Shown here one piece after another: positions 7,856 to 17,342 of a DNA stretch of 48,184 nt (position 1 is the first letter of the stretch; each line of letters begins with the position of its first letter). The stretch covers positions 2,485-50,668 of the forward strand of contig CAZRAU010000009.1 in assembly GCA_964598025.1 (NCBI GenBank). Direction: 5' to 3'. The translations under genes were made by a program, and so were the position numbers. Origin of the DNA: an uncultured bacterium (GTDB taxonomy: Bacteria > Arandabacterota > Arandabacteria > Arandabacterales > Arandabacteraceae). The notes under the pieces are model-generated. The model was not told the DNA's origin, ran no database searches, and saw nothing but the letters and a program-made list of their open reading frames with translations.

Positions 7856-7885
7856 GAGGGGAGGCCGTAGGCCTCCCTTCGCTTT
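7856..7885. terminator. hairpin terminator between convergent hsp20 and asnS
   Basis: GAGGGGAGGCC-GTA-GGCCTCCCTTC followed by GCTTT. Confidence 0.65.
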
Positions 7886-7906
7886 AACAGAACCAGACCC
7901 AGCCCG

Positions 7907-9196
7907 CTACGGGTATACGCGATAGATCATCCGCGGGAACAGTATGGTCTCCCTGATGTGCCGGACGCCGCAGATCCATCCAACAGTCCTCTCGATACCC
8001 AGCCCGAAACCTGCGTGGGGCACCGAACCATATGTGCGAAGATCCAGGTACCACCGGAAGGCCTCCTTGGGCAGACCATGCTTCTCGATTCTCCGCTCCA
8101 GGAGATCCCGGTCGGAGATTCTTTCGCTCCCTCCGATGATCTCCCCCACACCTTCCGGGGCCAGCAAGTCAGTACACATCACAACCGTTTCATCTTCAGG
8201 GTCCGGTCGCATGTAAAAGGCTTTCGCTTCTGCAGGGTAGCGGTGAACGAACACCGGACCGTCGAAGGCAAGAGAAAGCGCCGTCTCCTCATCAGCGCCC
8301 AGGTCATCACCGAACTCGATCTCGAAACCTTTTTCCTTGAGTATCCGAACGGCCTCCCGGTAAGTGATCCTCTCGAACGGAGCCCGTATCTTCTCCAGCT
8401 TGGAGATATCACGTTCGAGGATCTCCAGCTCTTTGGCCCGCCTTCCCAATACCCTCTCAAGTATCGCGGTAACCATGCCTTCAGACAATTCGAATACCGT
8501 CTCCAGGTCTCCGAAGGCGATCTCCGGCTCCAACATCCAGAACTCCGTCAGGTGACGCCTGGTCTTGGATTTCTCCGCCCTGAACGTGGGGCCGAAGCAA
8601 TATACCCGGCCCAGTGCCATGCAGGCGGCCTCATTGTAGAGCTGCCCGCTCTGGGACAAGTAGGCTCTGGAGCCGAAATAGTCCAGCTCGAACAAGGTGC
8701 TGGTCTCTTCTGATGCTGATGGGGTGAGTATAGGCGAATCGACAGCCACGAAACCCCGCTCATCCAGAAAGTCCCTGCATGCCCGCTCCACCTCCGCCCG
8801 AATCCGCATTATCGCATTCTGCCTGGAGGATCGCAGCCACAGATGCCTGTTCTCCATCAGGAACCCCACTCCGTGTTCCTTCGGAGAGATGGGGTACGAT
8901 TCGGGACTCTGGATCACCTCGATACTGGCGACCAGTATTTCATATCCGCCGGTCGCCCTCATCTCCTCACGCACCACCCCGGTGACCGTGCACGAGGTTT
9001 CCTGAGTCAGTCGTCCGAAAGCCTCGAACGCTTGGGGAGAATCACTCTCGGTTATGACACACTGGACCAGGCCCGTACCGTCTCTCAGTACCGCAAATCT
9101 TATCTTGCCACTCGAACGAAGGTGGTAAACCCAGCCGCTGATCCGAACCTCTCGCCCGACATGCTCATGAAGATCCTCGATATACACCCGATCCAT
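7907..9196 (-). CDS. asnS: asparagine--tRNA ligase
   Basis: OB-fold N-terminus, RHLWLRS, YLSQSGQLY, FRAEKSKTRRHLTEFWMLEPE, GSVPHAGFGLGIER. Confidence 0.96.
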   Translation of the reverse strand: MDRVYIEDLHEHVGREVRISGWVYHLRSSGKIRFAVLRDGTGLVQCVITESDSPQAFEAFGRLTQETSCTVTGVVREEMRATGGYEILVASIEVIQSPESYPISPKEHGVGFLMENRHLWLRSSRQNAIMRIRAEVERACRDFLDERGFVAVDSPILTPSASEETSTLFELDYFGSRAYLSQSGQLYNEAACMALGRVYCFGPTFRAEKSKTRRHLTEFWMLEPEIAFGDLETVFELSEGMVTAILERVLGRRAKELEILERDISKLEKIRAPFERITYREAVRILKEKGFEIEFGDDLGADEETALSLAFDGPVFVHRYPAEAKAFYMRPDPEDETVVMCTDLLAPEGVGEIIGGSERISDRDLLERRIEKHGLPKEAFRWYLDLRTYGSVPHAGFGLGIERTVGWICGVRHIRETILFPRMIYRVYP

Positions 9197-9213
9197 ATGT
9201 CGACCGCCCCCTC

Positions 9214-9909
9214 TTACAGGCTGCTTGCGAGCTTCTCGATGTCTTTCTCCGCCCCGACCACTACGAGGATATCACTGAGCTGTATCTCATCTTCGGGTTC
9301 GGGCAGAACGTTGTACCATGATGGCTCACCCTTCAGGTCCCCCTGGATGCTCTTCCGCTTGATCACTACGATATTGCACTTATACTTCTGCCTGAACTTG
9401 ATCTCGCCGATTCTCTTGCCGACAAGCTCTTTCGGGACGACGACCTGAGCCACGCTTAGCCCTTCGAACAGCGATGTTATGTCAACGATCCTTGAACTTA
9501 TCAGGCTCTGGGCCACCCTCATGCCGATCGCATCCTCGGGGAAGATAACCTGGTCGGCGCCGATACGCTCGAGGATCCGCTTCTGCACATCGGTGCTGGC
9601 GCGGGCAATCACCTTTTCGATGCCCATGTCTTTGAGAATCGCCGTGGTAAGCAAGTTGGCTTCGAAGTTCTGGCCGATGGCCACAACTGCAGCATCCACC
9701 CTGTCGACGCCGTGGGCCACCAAGGCCTCCTTATCCACCGAGTTCATGCAGAGGGCCACCGACACCTGATTGCTGACTTCATTGATAATGCTCTGGTCCG
9801 AGTCTATAGCGATGACATCCGCTCCGCTCCTGGCCAGTTGTATGGCCACGGTATAACCGAATCTGCCCATTCCTATAACCGCAAAGCGCTTTGCCGCCAC
9901 CGGTATCAC
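9214..9909 (-). CDS. ktrA: Trk/Ktr regulatory RCK subunit (KtrA/TrkA family)
   Basis: FAVIGMGRFG Rossmann motif, KIGAD-like RIGADQVIFPE, RCK-C domain. Confidence 0.92.
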   Translation of the reverse strand: MIPVAAKRFAVIGMGRFGYTVAIQLARSGADVIAIDSDQSIINEVSNQVSVALCMNSVDKEALVAHGVDRVDAAVVAIGQNFEANLLTTAILKDMGIEKVIARASTDVQKRILERIGADQVIFPEDAIGMRVAQSLISSRIVDITSLFEGLSVAQVVVPKELVGKRIGEIKFRQKYKCNIVVIKRKSIQGDLKGEPSWYNVLPEPEDEIQLSDILVVVGAEKDIEKLASSL

Positions 9910-9919
9910 CTCTTCTCAA

Positions 9920-11974
9920 CTATATCTTGCCCAAAACCGCATAGGCTATCCCGGATGCATACGAATTGATCCGCTTCAGATCGCTTATCACATCCAGGTA
10001 CACCGTACTCGTCTCCGTCACCGCTTCCTTGCGGCCCTGGAGGATGGCGAGATGCTCCTTGTGAAGTTCCCTTTCGAGGATATTCATCTCGGACTTCCGT
10101 TCGATGACCTCCCGGGCCAGTTTCTTATCCATCGAGGCTAACGAATCAATCGCCATCTGGAACGTCTTTTCGATCTCCTTGTGGTATTCGTGGATGCGCT
10201 GCAAAGCGTCAGGCGAGAACCTGGGCGAGACCGTTATCTTCTTCAGGGCCAGATCCATCAGGCTCTTCGATACTATGTCGCCAACCAGCTCCAGGTTCTT
10301 TACTATAAAGAGCAACGTTACGGAACGCTCGGCCTCGCGGTCGGTCATCTCCTTCTGCGAAAGCACCGTTAGATACGGAGTTATGGCTTCGTCCAACGCG
10401 TCGATCTTGTCGTCCTCCTCCACCAACCTCTCCCTCAAGGCCTCGTCGTCCTTCAGGAAGACATCTATCGCCTTGGAGTAGACATTATAGGTGATATCGG
10501 CCATCCTGAGAACTTCCCTCGTAGCCTGCCCGAGCGCCAGCGAGGGCGTGTCGAGCACCCGCGGATCCAGATAGACCGGCTTGAAGGTCTCTACACCGAC
10601 CTCCTCTTCCTTCACCAGGAACTTGAAAAGGCGTGCCCATGGCTTGACGAAAGGTATGAACACCAGCGCAGCCCCGATATTGAAAAGGCTGTGGGCATTT
10701 GCAATCTGCCTCGTGAGACTGGGGGAGGTGTTCCTGACGAACTCGGTGAAGGGGCCGAGGAAAGGTACAAGCAGGACGACACCCGTCACCTTGAAGAAAG
10801 TGTGCGCCCATGCTATCCGTCTGCCCTCAGCAACACCACCCAGGCTGGCAAGCAGCGCTGTGATACAGGTCCCTATATTGGCGCCCAGAACAAGGGGGAT
10901 CGCTATTTCCAGACTTATGACCCGCTGGAAGGCGAACGTGAGGACAAGTCCGATCGTTGCGGCGCTGCTCTGAATGACGGCCGTGAAGATCGCGGATGTG
11001 ATTATCGCAAGCCAGGCGCTTCGTTCGACACCCAGCATGAATCCTGCAAAGGCGGGATGGTCCTTGACCGGGCCTACTGCCGAGGCCATGACACTCATTC
11101 CGAAGAAGAGCAATCCGAACCCCATGATGATCTGCCCAAAGCGGGAATAGCGCTCCACCTTTGAAATGAAAAGCGCGAACCCTAATATGACAAACAGAAG
11201 AGCGTAGTCGAAGATCCTGAAGGCGATCAACTGAACCGTCAGCGTCGTGCCTATATCGGAACCCAGTATGACACCAAGAGCTTGCGACAGGTGGATAATG
11301 CCTGCATTGGCGAAGCTTACCATCATCGCCGTGGTCGCACTGCTGCTCTGGATGATAACAGTGACAATGACTCCCGTGATCAAGCCCAGGAACCTGTTGG
11401 ACGTGAGCTTGCACACGGCGTCACGGAGGCGCCCGCCTGCAGCTTTCTGCAGCCCCCTACCGCCGAACTTGATGCCGAAAAGGAATATCGCCAGTCCCCC
11501 AATCAGCCCGATCAACATGGAGGCTTGCCAGTATCTCTTGTACACTCGGATCGCGAATACGAGCGAATTGCCCTCGAGGTTCATGGGAGTGCACATGACA
11601 TGGAAGGTGCCATCGTTATCGCCGAGGCGGAGGCGGGTGCCGGCATAACCCATCGGACCCGATGTCACCTGCGGCTCCTCGATAATTGGGAGCCCCTCGG
11701 ACGTGCCGAAACCGGTCTGGCTTTCCACCAGGCTGAACCCGACAAGCACCCCTTCCACGGGCTGTCCCTGGTCATCCATCACCTGGACCCTTAGAGGCCT
11801 GCCGAGCGGCTCTTCCGCTATGCCGATCTGCCCGTTGCCGGAGGCATCCTCCCCGTCCAGCCCAATGGCGTAGTCCAGGCGCACAAGCTCAGCGCAGGGC
11901 CCTGACGACACCAGAAGCAGGACCCAGAGAGCTATGGCGACCAGGGCCACACTTTTCCGACAAGTACACGACAT
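9920..11974 (-). CDS. Na+/phosphate cotransporter (NptA/PnaS family, C-terminal PhoU domain) with N-terminal signal peptide and Ig-like domain
   Basis: Two QSSS/QSSA motifs, LGSDIGTT, LGANIGT, IANAHSLFN, PhoU-like helical C-terminus. Confidence 0.92.
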   Translation of the reverse strand: MSCTCRKSVALVAIALWVLLLVSSGPCAELVRLDYAIGLDGEDASGNGQIGIAEEPLGRPLRVQVMDDQGQPVEGVLVGFSLVESQTGFGTSEGLPIIEEPQVTSGPMGYAGTRLRLGDNDGTFHVMCTPMNLEGNSLVFAIRVYKRYWQASMLIGLIGGLAIFLFGIKFGGRGLQKAAGGRLRDAVCKLTSNRFLGLITGVIVTVIIQSSSATTAMMVSFANAGIIHLSQALGVILGSDIGTTLTVQLIAFRIFDYALLFVILGFALFISKVERYSRFGQIIMGFGLLFFGMSVMASAVGPVKDHPAFAGFMLGVERSAWLAIITSAIFTAVIQSSAATIGLVLTFAFQRVISLEIAIPLVLGANIGTCITALLASLGGVAEGRRIAWAHTFFKVTGVVLLVPFLGPFTEFVRNTSPSLTRQIANAHSLFNIGAALVFIPFVKPWARLFKFLVKEEEVGVETFKPVYLDPRVLDTPSLALGQATREVLRMADITYNVYSKAIDVFLKDDEALRERLVEEDDKIDALDEAITPYLTVLSQKEMTDREAERSVTLLFIVKNLELVGDIVSKSLMDLALKKITVSPRFSPDALQRIHEYHKEIEKTFQMAIDSLASMDKKLAREVIERKSEMNILERELHKEHLAILQGRKEAVTETSTVYLDVISDLKRINSYASGIAYAVLGKI

Positions 11975-12002
11975 GGGGAACAGCCTTTCTCTATGGCCTC
12001 TA

Positions 12003-12032
12003 AGGTTAAGTGGGATATTCCAGTTATGTCAA
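12003..12032 (-). promoter_or_regulatory. sigma70 promoter for Na/Pi transporter-ktrA-asnS
   Basis: TTGACA-18 nt-TAACCT on the minus strand. Confidence 0.5.
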
Positions 12033-12188
12033 CACAAAACCACTACGGGTGGTCAAGATCTGCGCATATGCGCAACCATAGGGCACGTGCCGCTAAAGCA
12101 AGGCTCGCAGCGTGCCGAGAATCTGATTAGATAGGGTGCGAAAGCACCGGGGACAGCATAACGAAACCAACTGTGGAGACTAGTCGTA

Positions 12189-13922
12189 TTGCTGAGTAAG
12201 CCGCTTCTGCTTCTCTCAATGATCGCGTTGCTCTCGGCGAGCATGTGCTCCGCACAGGGGGCCGTTCCGCCTCAGGAGCCGGAAAGCTCCATGCTCCTGT
12301 CGAGCATTCATATGTGGCGGGGGGAGCGGCTCTTGAGCGCCGGAGACACGGAAAAAGCAACCGAGCACTTCCTGCTGGCTTCAAGGTATCTGAGGACCTC
12401 TCCCGAGCCCCATTTCGCTCTGGCCAAGGTTTACCTTCGAAGTTCCTTCATGGACGCTTTTCTGGAGTTGGCCACAGGGGTCAAACTCCTGCTAAGCGAT
12501 TTCCTATACCAGTCACTGCTGGTATCCAACCTGGTCATCATTCTACTCATATCAATCGGTCTTACGATCTACACCGGTGCCGCGATAGTCGAGGCCAGAC
12601 ACGCCCGGACGGTGTGGCACTCGGTTATGATCACGCTCTCCCCTTCGCTCAGAGGGTGGTCTCTCAAAGCGATAATCATAGGCTGTATCCTCTCTTTCTT
12701 CGTGATCCTCTCGGGGCGGAGCCTCATAGGTGTGGCCACTTGGACTCTGGTTATCGGAATGGCCCTCTGCTGGAAATTCGCCGGCTCCGGCGAGCGGCGA
12801 GTGCTCATAGGACTAATCGTGTTCCTCGTGCTATTCGGCTTCTTCCTTGAGGCCGGAACCCGAGTGCTGTCCACACAATATCCCAACTCGCCTGTGAGGC
12901 TTGCGGCCCTGGTCGGTCGGATCGATGACGGGACGCTTGAGGACAGCATCGACAAGGTCGAATCCTCCCCTCGGTTCGATCCCATAAGCGAATTCATGCG
13001 CGGTCTCCTAGCCCTCAAGAATGAGCGCTACGGCCAGGCCGTCGAGCGGTTCGATATCGCATCGAAGTTCGCGCCGCATGACCCGGCCATTCTCAACAAC
13101 CTCGGCGTCGCCTTCCACGGAATGGGGCGGTACGACCAAGCTGTTGCGAAATTCAGGCAGGCCCTCAGGTTCGGCCCCCGCGAAGCTCTGATTCACTACA
13201 ACTACGCTCAGACGCTAAACGATCTTCTTCAGTACGATCTTGCGCAGGAGGAATTGGCCAAGGCCTCGACTCTTGACTTCGACCTCACGAGATCCCTGGT
13301 GACTCAGAAAGAGGTTCCCACGCTTGTCCCCATGAACCTCCAGAACAGAATACTCTGGAAGTTGGCCCTGGACGAAGATAACAAAACCGTGAGAATCTCC
13401 TATAATCCCCCCGAATCCGGACCCGCGGGACTTGCGGTCCTCATAGTGCTCGCCGTTGCGCTTCTGGTGTTAATGAGACGGGCCAAGGTGCCGGCACGGT
13501 GTGATGTCTGCGGTGCGACCGTACAATCCCAGATTGCCAGGAGAAGGAGAAAGGAGTTCCTGTGTCCGGCATGCAGCAGGATAAAGGAGACCGGAGCTAC
13601 CAACGAGAGCGTGGAGAACGGTCTCGAGCGAAGGCTCAGGAACAAGAACACCCGCGAGGCGATCAAGAGGATTGCACTCGGGCTCGTGGTCCCGGGCAGC
13701 GCCCATTATCTTTCGGGCAAGAGATCGAAGGGGTTGGCCCTGGCATTCCTCGTATTCACTTTGCTGGTAATTACTGCAGGAGATGGCACCGTAATCAAGC
13801 CGATACCGAATCTCGGTGTAAGTCCTATCTCCGGCTGGTCATTGCCTTTTTTCGTGGTCACATACACTCTCTATTGCTGGCGATCCACCGTCATCGCAAT
13901 AAGGAGTGTACGGGAAGCATGA
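12189..13922 (+). CDS. multi-TM membrane protein with TPR repeats and a CxxC...CxxC zinc ribbon
   Basis: Signal peptide, TPRs (ILNNLGVAF, IHYNYAQTL), several TM helices, CDVC...CPAC, LVVPGSAHYLSG. Confidence 0.85.
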   Translation: MLSKPLLLLSMIALLSASMCSAQGAVPPQEPESSMLLSSIHMWRGERLLSAGDTEKATEHFLLASRYLRTSPEPHFALAKVYLRSSFMDAFLELATGVKLLLSDFLYQSLLVSNLVIILLISIGLTIYTGAAIVEARHARTVWHSVMITLSPSLRGWSLKAIIIGCILSFFVILSGRSLIGVATWTLVIGMALCWKFAGSGERRVLIGLIVFLVLFGFFLEAGTRVLSTQYPNSPVRLAALVGRIDDGTLEDSIDKVESSPRFDPISEFMRGLLALKNERYGQAVERFDIASKFAPHDPAILNNLGVAFHGMGRYDQAVAKFRQALRFGPREALIHYNYAQTLNDLLQYDLAQEELAKASTLDFDLTRSLVTQKEVPTLVPMNLQNRILWKLALDEDNKTVRISYNPPESGPAGLAVLIVLAVALLVLMRRAKVPARCDVCGATVQSQIARRRRKEFLCPACSRIKETGATNESVENGLERRLRNKNTREAIKRIALGLVVPGSAHYLSGKRSKGLALAFLVFTLLVITAGDGTVIKPIPNLGVSPISGWSLPFFVVTYTLYCWRSTVIAIRSVREA

Positions 13923-13929
13923 GGTCGAT

Positions 13930-14988
13930 ATGAAAGGCGAGCTCGGAACCTTCAGCGTTGCCGAGATCCTGCAGCTGATCGGGATGCAGGAGAAGACCGG
14001 GGTGCTCCGGGTAAGGAGCAAAGGCAAGTCAGCGGTTCTCTTTTTCGACGCCGGCAAGGTTGCCTCTGCAAGAGATCGAAGACAGGGAGCCCGAGATCCA
14101 TTCCTCTTCTATCTTCAGGAGAACGGGGCTATCGGGCTGGAACAGCTGAACCAGGTGGTCGAGGCCAAGCAGGGTGAAGGAGGAGACACGGTCGAGATCT
14201 TGCTAAACCTCGGGATCGTGAGCCAGGAGAAACTGGCGAACCTCCTGTCGGAATACACACGCCGGACTCTCCAGAACATAGTGAAATGGGAGACCGGCAC
14301 TTACGAGTTCGCAGCTTCAACGGACGGGATGCCGGAAAAGAACATCGCTAAACCCCTTCGTCTGGAGCCCATCCTGATGGAAGCCCTCCGGCGAAAGGAC
14401 GAGGTTGAGGAGATCAGACGCTTTCTCCCTTCGTTCGACACCACAATCAGAGTGGCCGAACTGAATCTCGAGGACCTGCATCTGGAAACGCAGGACGCTG
14501 CGATCCTGACCCTTGTGGACGGAAGGCGGACTATTGAAGAGATCATTGAAGAGAGTTCCACCGATGAGGTCGAGACCCTGGATATACTGGAACGACTCTT
14601 CGCTCTCGGCGTCGTCGCCATCGCCGAAATGCCTCACCGGCAAGCCAAAGCCAGGATCCTTTCACCGCTTCGCTCGGTAGTCGTCACCGCAGGCATAATC
14701 ATCTTGGGGGCGGCCCTCAGGTTCACGGTACTGGCGCCGGACACCCCGCGTGCCTTCCCCGTCAACAAGCTTCGGGGTGGTATTCAAGAGTTCATCGATT
14801 CAAGAGAGATTGAAAATGTCCGCTTCGCTCTGGATGCATATAAGTCCGTGAACGGGGCATACCCTGAGAACCTTGAGAATCTGGTCACCACCGGCCTGCT
14901 GAAACCGGGTCAGATCAGACGAGGCCAAGGCCGCACATACACCTATGTCTATCGCAGGGCCAGAGGAAACTACACCCTCTCAGAATGA
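13930..14988 (+). CDS. DUF4388 (PatA_N-like) protein with TM helix and C-terminal GspG-like domain
   Basis: MKGELGTFSVAEILQLIGMQEKTGVL (DUF4388), LVDGRRTIEEI, TM helix, ALDAYKSVNGAYPENLENLV; GAGGT RBS before ATG 13930. Confidence 0.85.
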   Translation: MKGELGTFSVAEILQLIGMQEKTGVLRVRSKGKSAVLFFDAGKVASARDRRQGARDPFLFYLQENGAIGLEQLNQVVEAKQGEGGDTVEILLNLGIVSQEKLANLLSEYTRRTLQNIVKWETGTYEFAASTDGMPEKNIAKPLRLEPILMEALRRKDEVEEIRRFLPSFDTTIRVAELNLEDLHLETQDAAILTLVDGRRTIEEIIEESSTDEVETLDILERLFALGVVAIAEMPHRQAKARILSPLRSVVVTAGIIILGAALRFTVLAPDTPRAFPVNKLRGGIQEFIDSREIENVRFALDAYKSVNGAYPENLENLVTTGLLKPGQIRRGQGRTYTYVYRRARGNYTLSE

Positions 14989-15007
14989 GCGCCACACGGC
15001 CTTCCGG

Positions 15008-15098
15008 GGACTCCCATCCCTGTCCGCCGAGTTTCCATGACCGACGCGGCAGGGTTTCACCCACGACGTCGGATGCCTCGAGAGTCCTGTCGCTCCGT
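15008..15098 (+). repeat. degenerate inverted copy of the REP-containing element at 20170-20240
   Basis: CGCCGAGTTTCCATGACCGACG and CGACGTCGGATGCCTCGAGAGTCCTGTCGCT align with the reverse complement of 20180-20240. Confidence 0.55.
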
Positions 15099-15131
15099 GC
15101 CAATGCATTCGTTCTTCCCGGAGTGAGGACG

Positions 15132-16097
15132 CTACAAAAACCGAGGTCTTATCTCGATGGCACCGGACAGGTCGGGGTATCTGATACCGAATCTCCTTCT
15201 GTAGTAGGCGCGGCTACCGAAATAGGCCAGAACGCTGAGAACCGCCAGCAACGGAGCCTTGATACACACCAGAACCAGGAGCAGTCTGGCAGCGTACTGG
15301 CTTGCCAACACAGAATTCGGTGAGCTTGGCTCCACGCTCACCGCGATCATTGTGGGTAGACTGCCGATGACCGCCAGAGCACAGAGGACTTCGCCGGTCA
15401 GAACGCCGAGGACCGCGGACGCCGCCATGAAAGCCAGGATCATGGCTCCGACCGGTCTTCTCCCGAGGACCACACACGACGTACGATCGCCCATCTCCCT
15501 GTCGCCCGCCTCATCCGGGATACAGGTGTTTAGAAAGATGCCGCACATCGCCAAGGCGTAGGGCACACATTGTATCCAGAGATCCCGGCCGATCTCGGCA
15601 TACGCCATCCAGCCCAGCGCGAAGCCCACCACTCCGAACCCCACGACATTCGCGACCATGTCCGCCACGGGTCTGCCCTTCAGTCTTACCGGAGGGACGG
15701 AATAAGCAAAGCCCAGCGCCAGGCCGAAGAAAGTCAGATACCGCACGTCCGTATCAAACCGGAGGCTCAGCCCGATGGCAAACGTGCTCACACCAGCCAG
15801 CACGGCTATGGCTTCCCGCTTGCTCACCACCCCGCTGGATAGCATGAAGGACTTCCTGTTGACACGGTCACTTTCCACATCGAATATCTGATTGACGACA
15901 AAGGCCGCGGACACGATAAGGGTGAAGACCAGCAGATTGGGAAGGGCCTCAGGAATCAACTGGAAGGTCCGGAGCTCTCCGGTGTGCCTTAGGGCCGATA
16001 CCGCACCTGCAAAGAAGAAAGTGGACGAGGCGCACAGCAAGGGCGGCCTGACAAGAAACAGCAGATCTGCTATCTTACCCATGTCGCCCCTATCCAT
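15132..16097 (-). CDS. UbiA family prenyltransferase
   Basis: LVRP, NQIFDVESDRVNRK, YSVPPVRLKGRP, IPDEAGDREMG; multiple TM helices. Confidence 0.9.
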   Translation of the reverse strand: MDRGDMGKIADLLFLVRPPLLCASSTFFFAGAVSALRHTGELRTFQLIPEALPNLLVFTLIVSAAFVVNQIFDVESDRVNRKSFMLSSGVVSKREAIAVLAGVSTFAIGLSLRFDTDVRYLTFFGLALGFAYSVPPVRLKGRPVADMVANVVGFGVVGFALGWMAYAEIGRDLWIQCVPYALAMCGIFLNTCIPDEAGDREMGDRTSCVVLGRRPVGAMILAFMAASAVLGVLTGEVLCALAVIGSLPTMIAVSVEPSSPNSVLASQYAARLLLVLVCIKAPLLAVLSVLAYFGSRAYYRRRFGIRYPDLSGAIEIRPRFL

Positions 16098-16869
16098 CCC
16101 TCAGACCACCTCGGTTCTTGACCAGGGTGGTTCCAAGCGAGAGTCTTGCAATCACCGTGTTCTTGAGCCGCTCCAACCGGCGGCCCGACCTGACCCCGAT
16201 CTTCCGTTCCAGCGAGCTCGCACCGTCGATCGAGTAGACCGCCCAGCGCCCAACGGCCATGCGGCTGTCCTGTGTCCCGGGGGAACTCGCGAAACCACAG
16301 GTATAGCCTGCCGCGACCGCCTCATCCATGACCCTGCGGGAGAACCTCCCAAAGGGATAGGATATGGCCGTCACTTCCGCTCCGGTCACGTCCTCGATCA
16401 TCTTCTTCGAATCGCGGAGTTCGTGGCTGAGGGCTTCCGGACCGAGTCTGGTTAGATCCCTGTGGCTGAGGGTGTGCGACCCTATTTCGAACCCGGCCTC
16501 CGTCAGATCCCTGATCTGGGCCCATGACAGATGCCTGACAGGCCTGGGGGCGAGGTTTATGTCCCATTCGTTCCAACCGCCTATCGAACCCACAACCGGA
16601 AAGACCGTTCCGGGTATTCCCCTTGCCAGCATCTCCGGAAGCGCCTCTTCATAGACCGATTCGTAGCCGTCGTCGAATGTCACCGCCAGTCCGGAGTGCA
16701 CATGGGTGCCTGAGACCGCATCACTGGCCCTGAGGAAATCCATTCCCGATCCGAGGAGGAGATCCATATGCCCGGCAAACCTGCGGCGCCGGACGGTGGT
16801 TATTCCGAGCTCCAGGTGCGAGCCTATCTTGTGGTAGGTGAGTATCGTAGGGGATCCGCCATCAGACAC
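16090..16869 (-). CDS. polysaccharide deacetylase (NodB/CE4)
   Basis: ILTYHKI, TFDDGY, EIGSHTLSH, SYPFG. Start trimmed to the GTG overlapping the dut stop (TTG 16881 also possible). Confidence 0.88.
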   Translation of the reverse strand: MSDGGSPTILTYHKIGSHLELGITTVRRRRFAGHMDLLLGSGMDFLRASDAVSGTHVHSGLAVTFDDGYESVYEEALPEMLARGIPGTVFPVVGSIGGWNEWDINLAPRPVRHLSWAQIRDLTEAGFEIGSHTLSHRDLTRLGPEALSHELRDSKKMIEDVTGAEVTAISYPFGRFSRRVMDEAVAAGYTCGFASSPGTQDSRMAVGRWAVYSIDGASSLERKIGVRSGRRLERLKNTVIARLSLGTTLVKNRGGLRDG

Positions 16870-17317
16870 CGGTATGTCCAAACCCGCCTTCTCCTCTGGC
16901 TGTGCGATCCAGAGCGTCGGATTCCTCCAATATCGGACTGCACACTCTGCAGAACACAATCTGTGCTATGCGGTCGCCGCGCTTGACGGTAAAGGGGTGG
17001 GAGCCGTGGTTTATCAGTATCACTCCCACCTCGCCTCTGTAATCGGAATCGACTGTCCCCGGCGAGTTGAGGACCGTCACGCCGCGTTCCAGGGCGAGGC
17101 CCGACCGCGGCCGCACCTGGCCCTCATAGCCGGGCGGAATCTCGAGGCAGAATCCCGTCGGGATCAGCAAGGATCCCCCCGGTTTGATCTCAACAGGGCT
17201 ATCGACGCAGGCCCTGAGATCCAGGCCGGAGGAGCCCGCGCTGCCGCCTGCAGGAAGAGGCAGTCCTGCTCCGTGCTTCAGGCGCCTAACTCTGATCTTC
17301 AGATCTTCATCATCCAT
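16862..17317 (-). CDS. dut: dUTP diphosphatase
   Basis: SGLDL, RPRSGLA, GTVDSDYRGE, GDRIAQ, RGEGGFGHTG. Confidence 0.97.
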   Translation of the reverse strand: MDDEDLKIRVRRLKHGAGLPLPAGGSAGSSGLDLRACVDSPVEIKPGGSLLIPTGFCLEIPPGYEGQVRPRSGLALERGVTVLNSPGTVDSDYRGEVGVILINHGSHPFTVKRGDRIAQIVFCRVCSPILEESDALDRTARGEGGFGHTGV

Positions 17318-17342
17318 AGAAAGGCAGACGGGAGGAAGACAA

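Noticed and set aside
7695-7880. RNase P RNA (AAAGTCCGGGC resembles its 5' core), 6S RNA or hammerhead ribozyme
   Set aside because: There is no room for the remaining ~300 nt or 3' core of RNase P before the terminator and asnS; no 6S-like rod with central bubble; no CUGANGA core.
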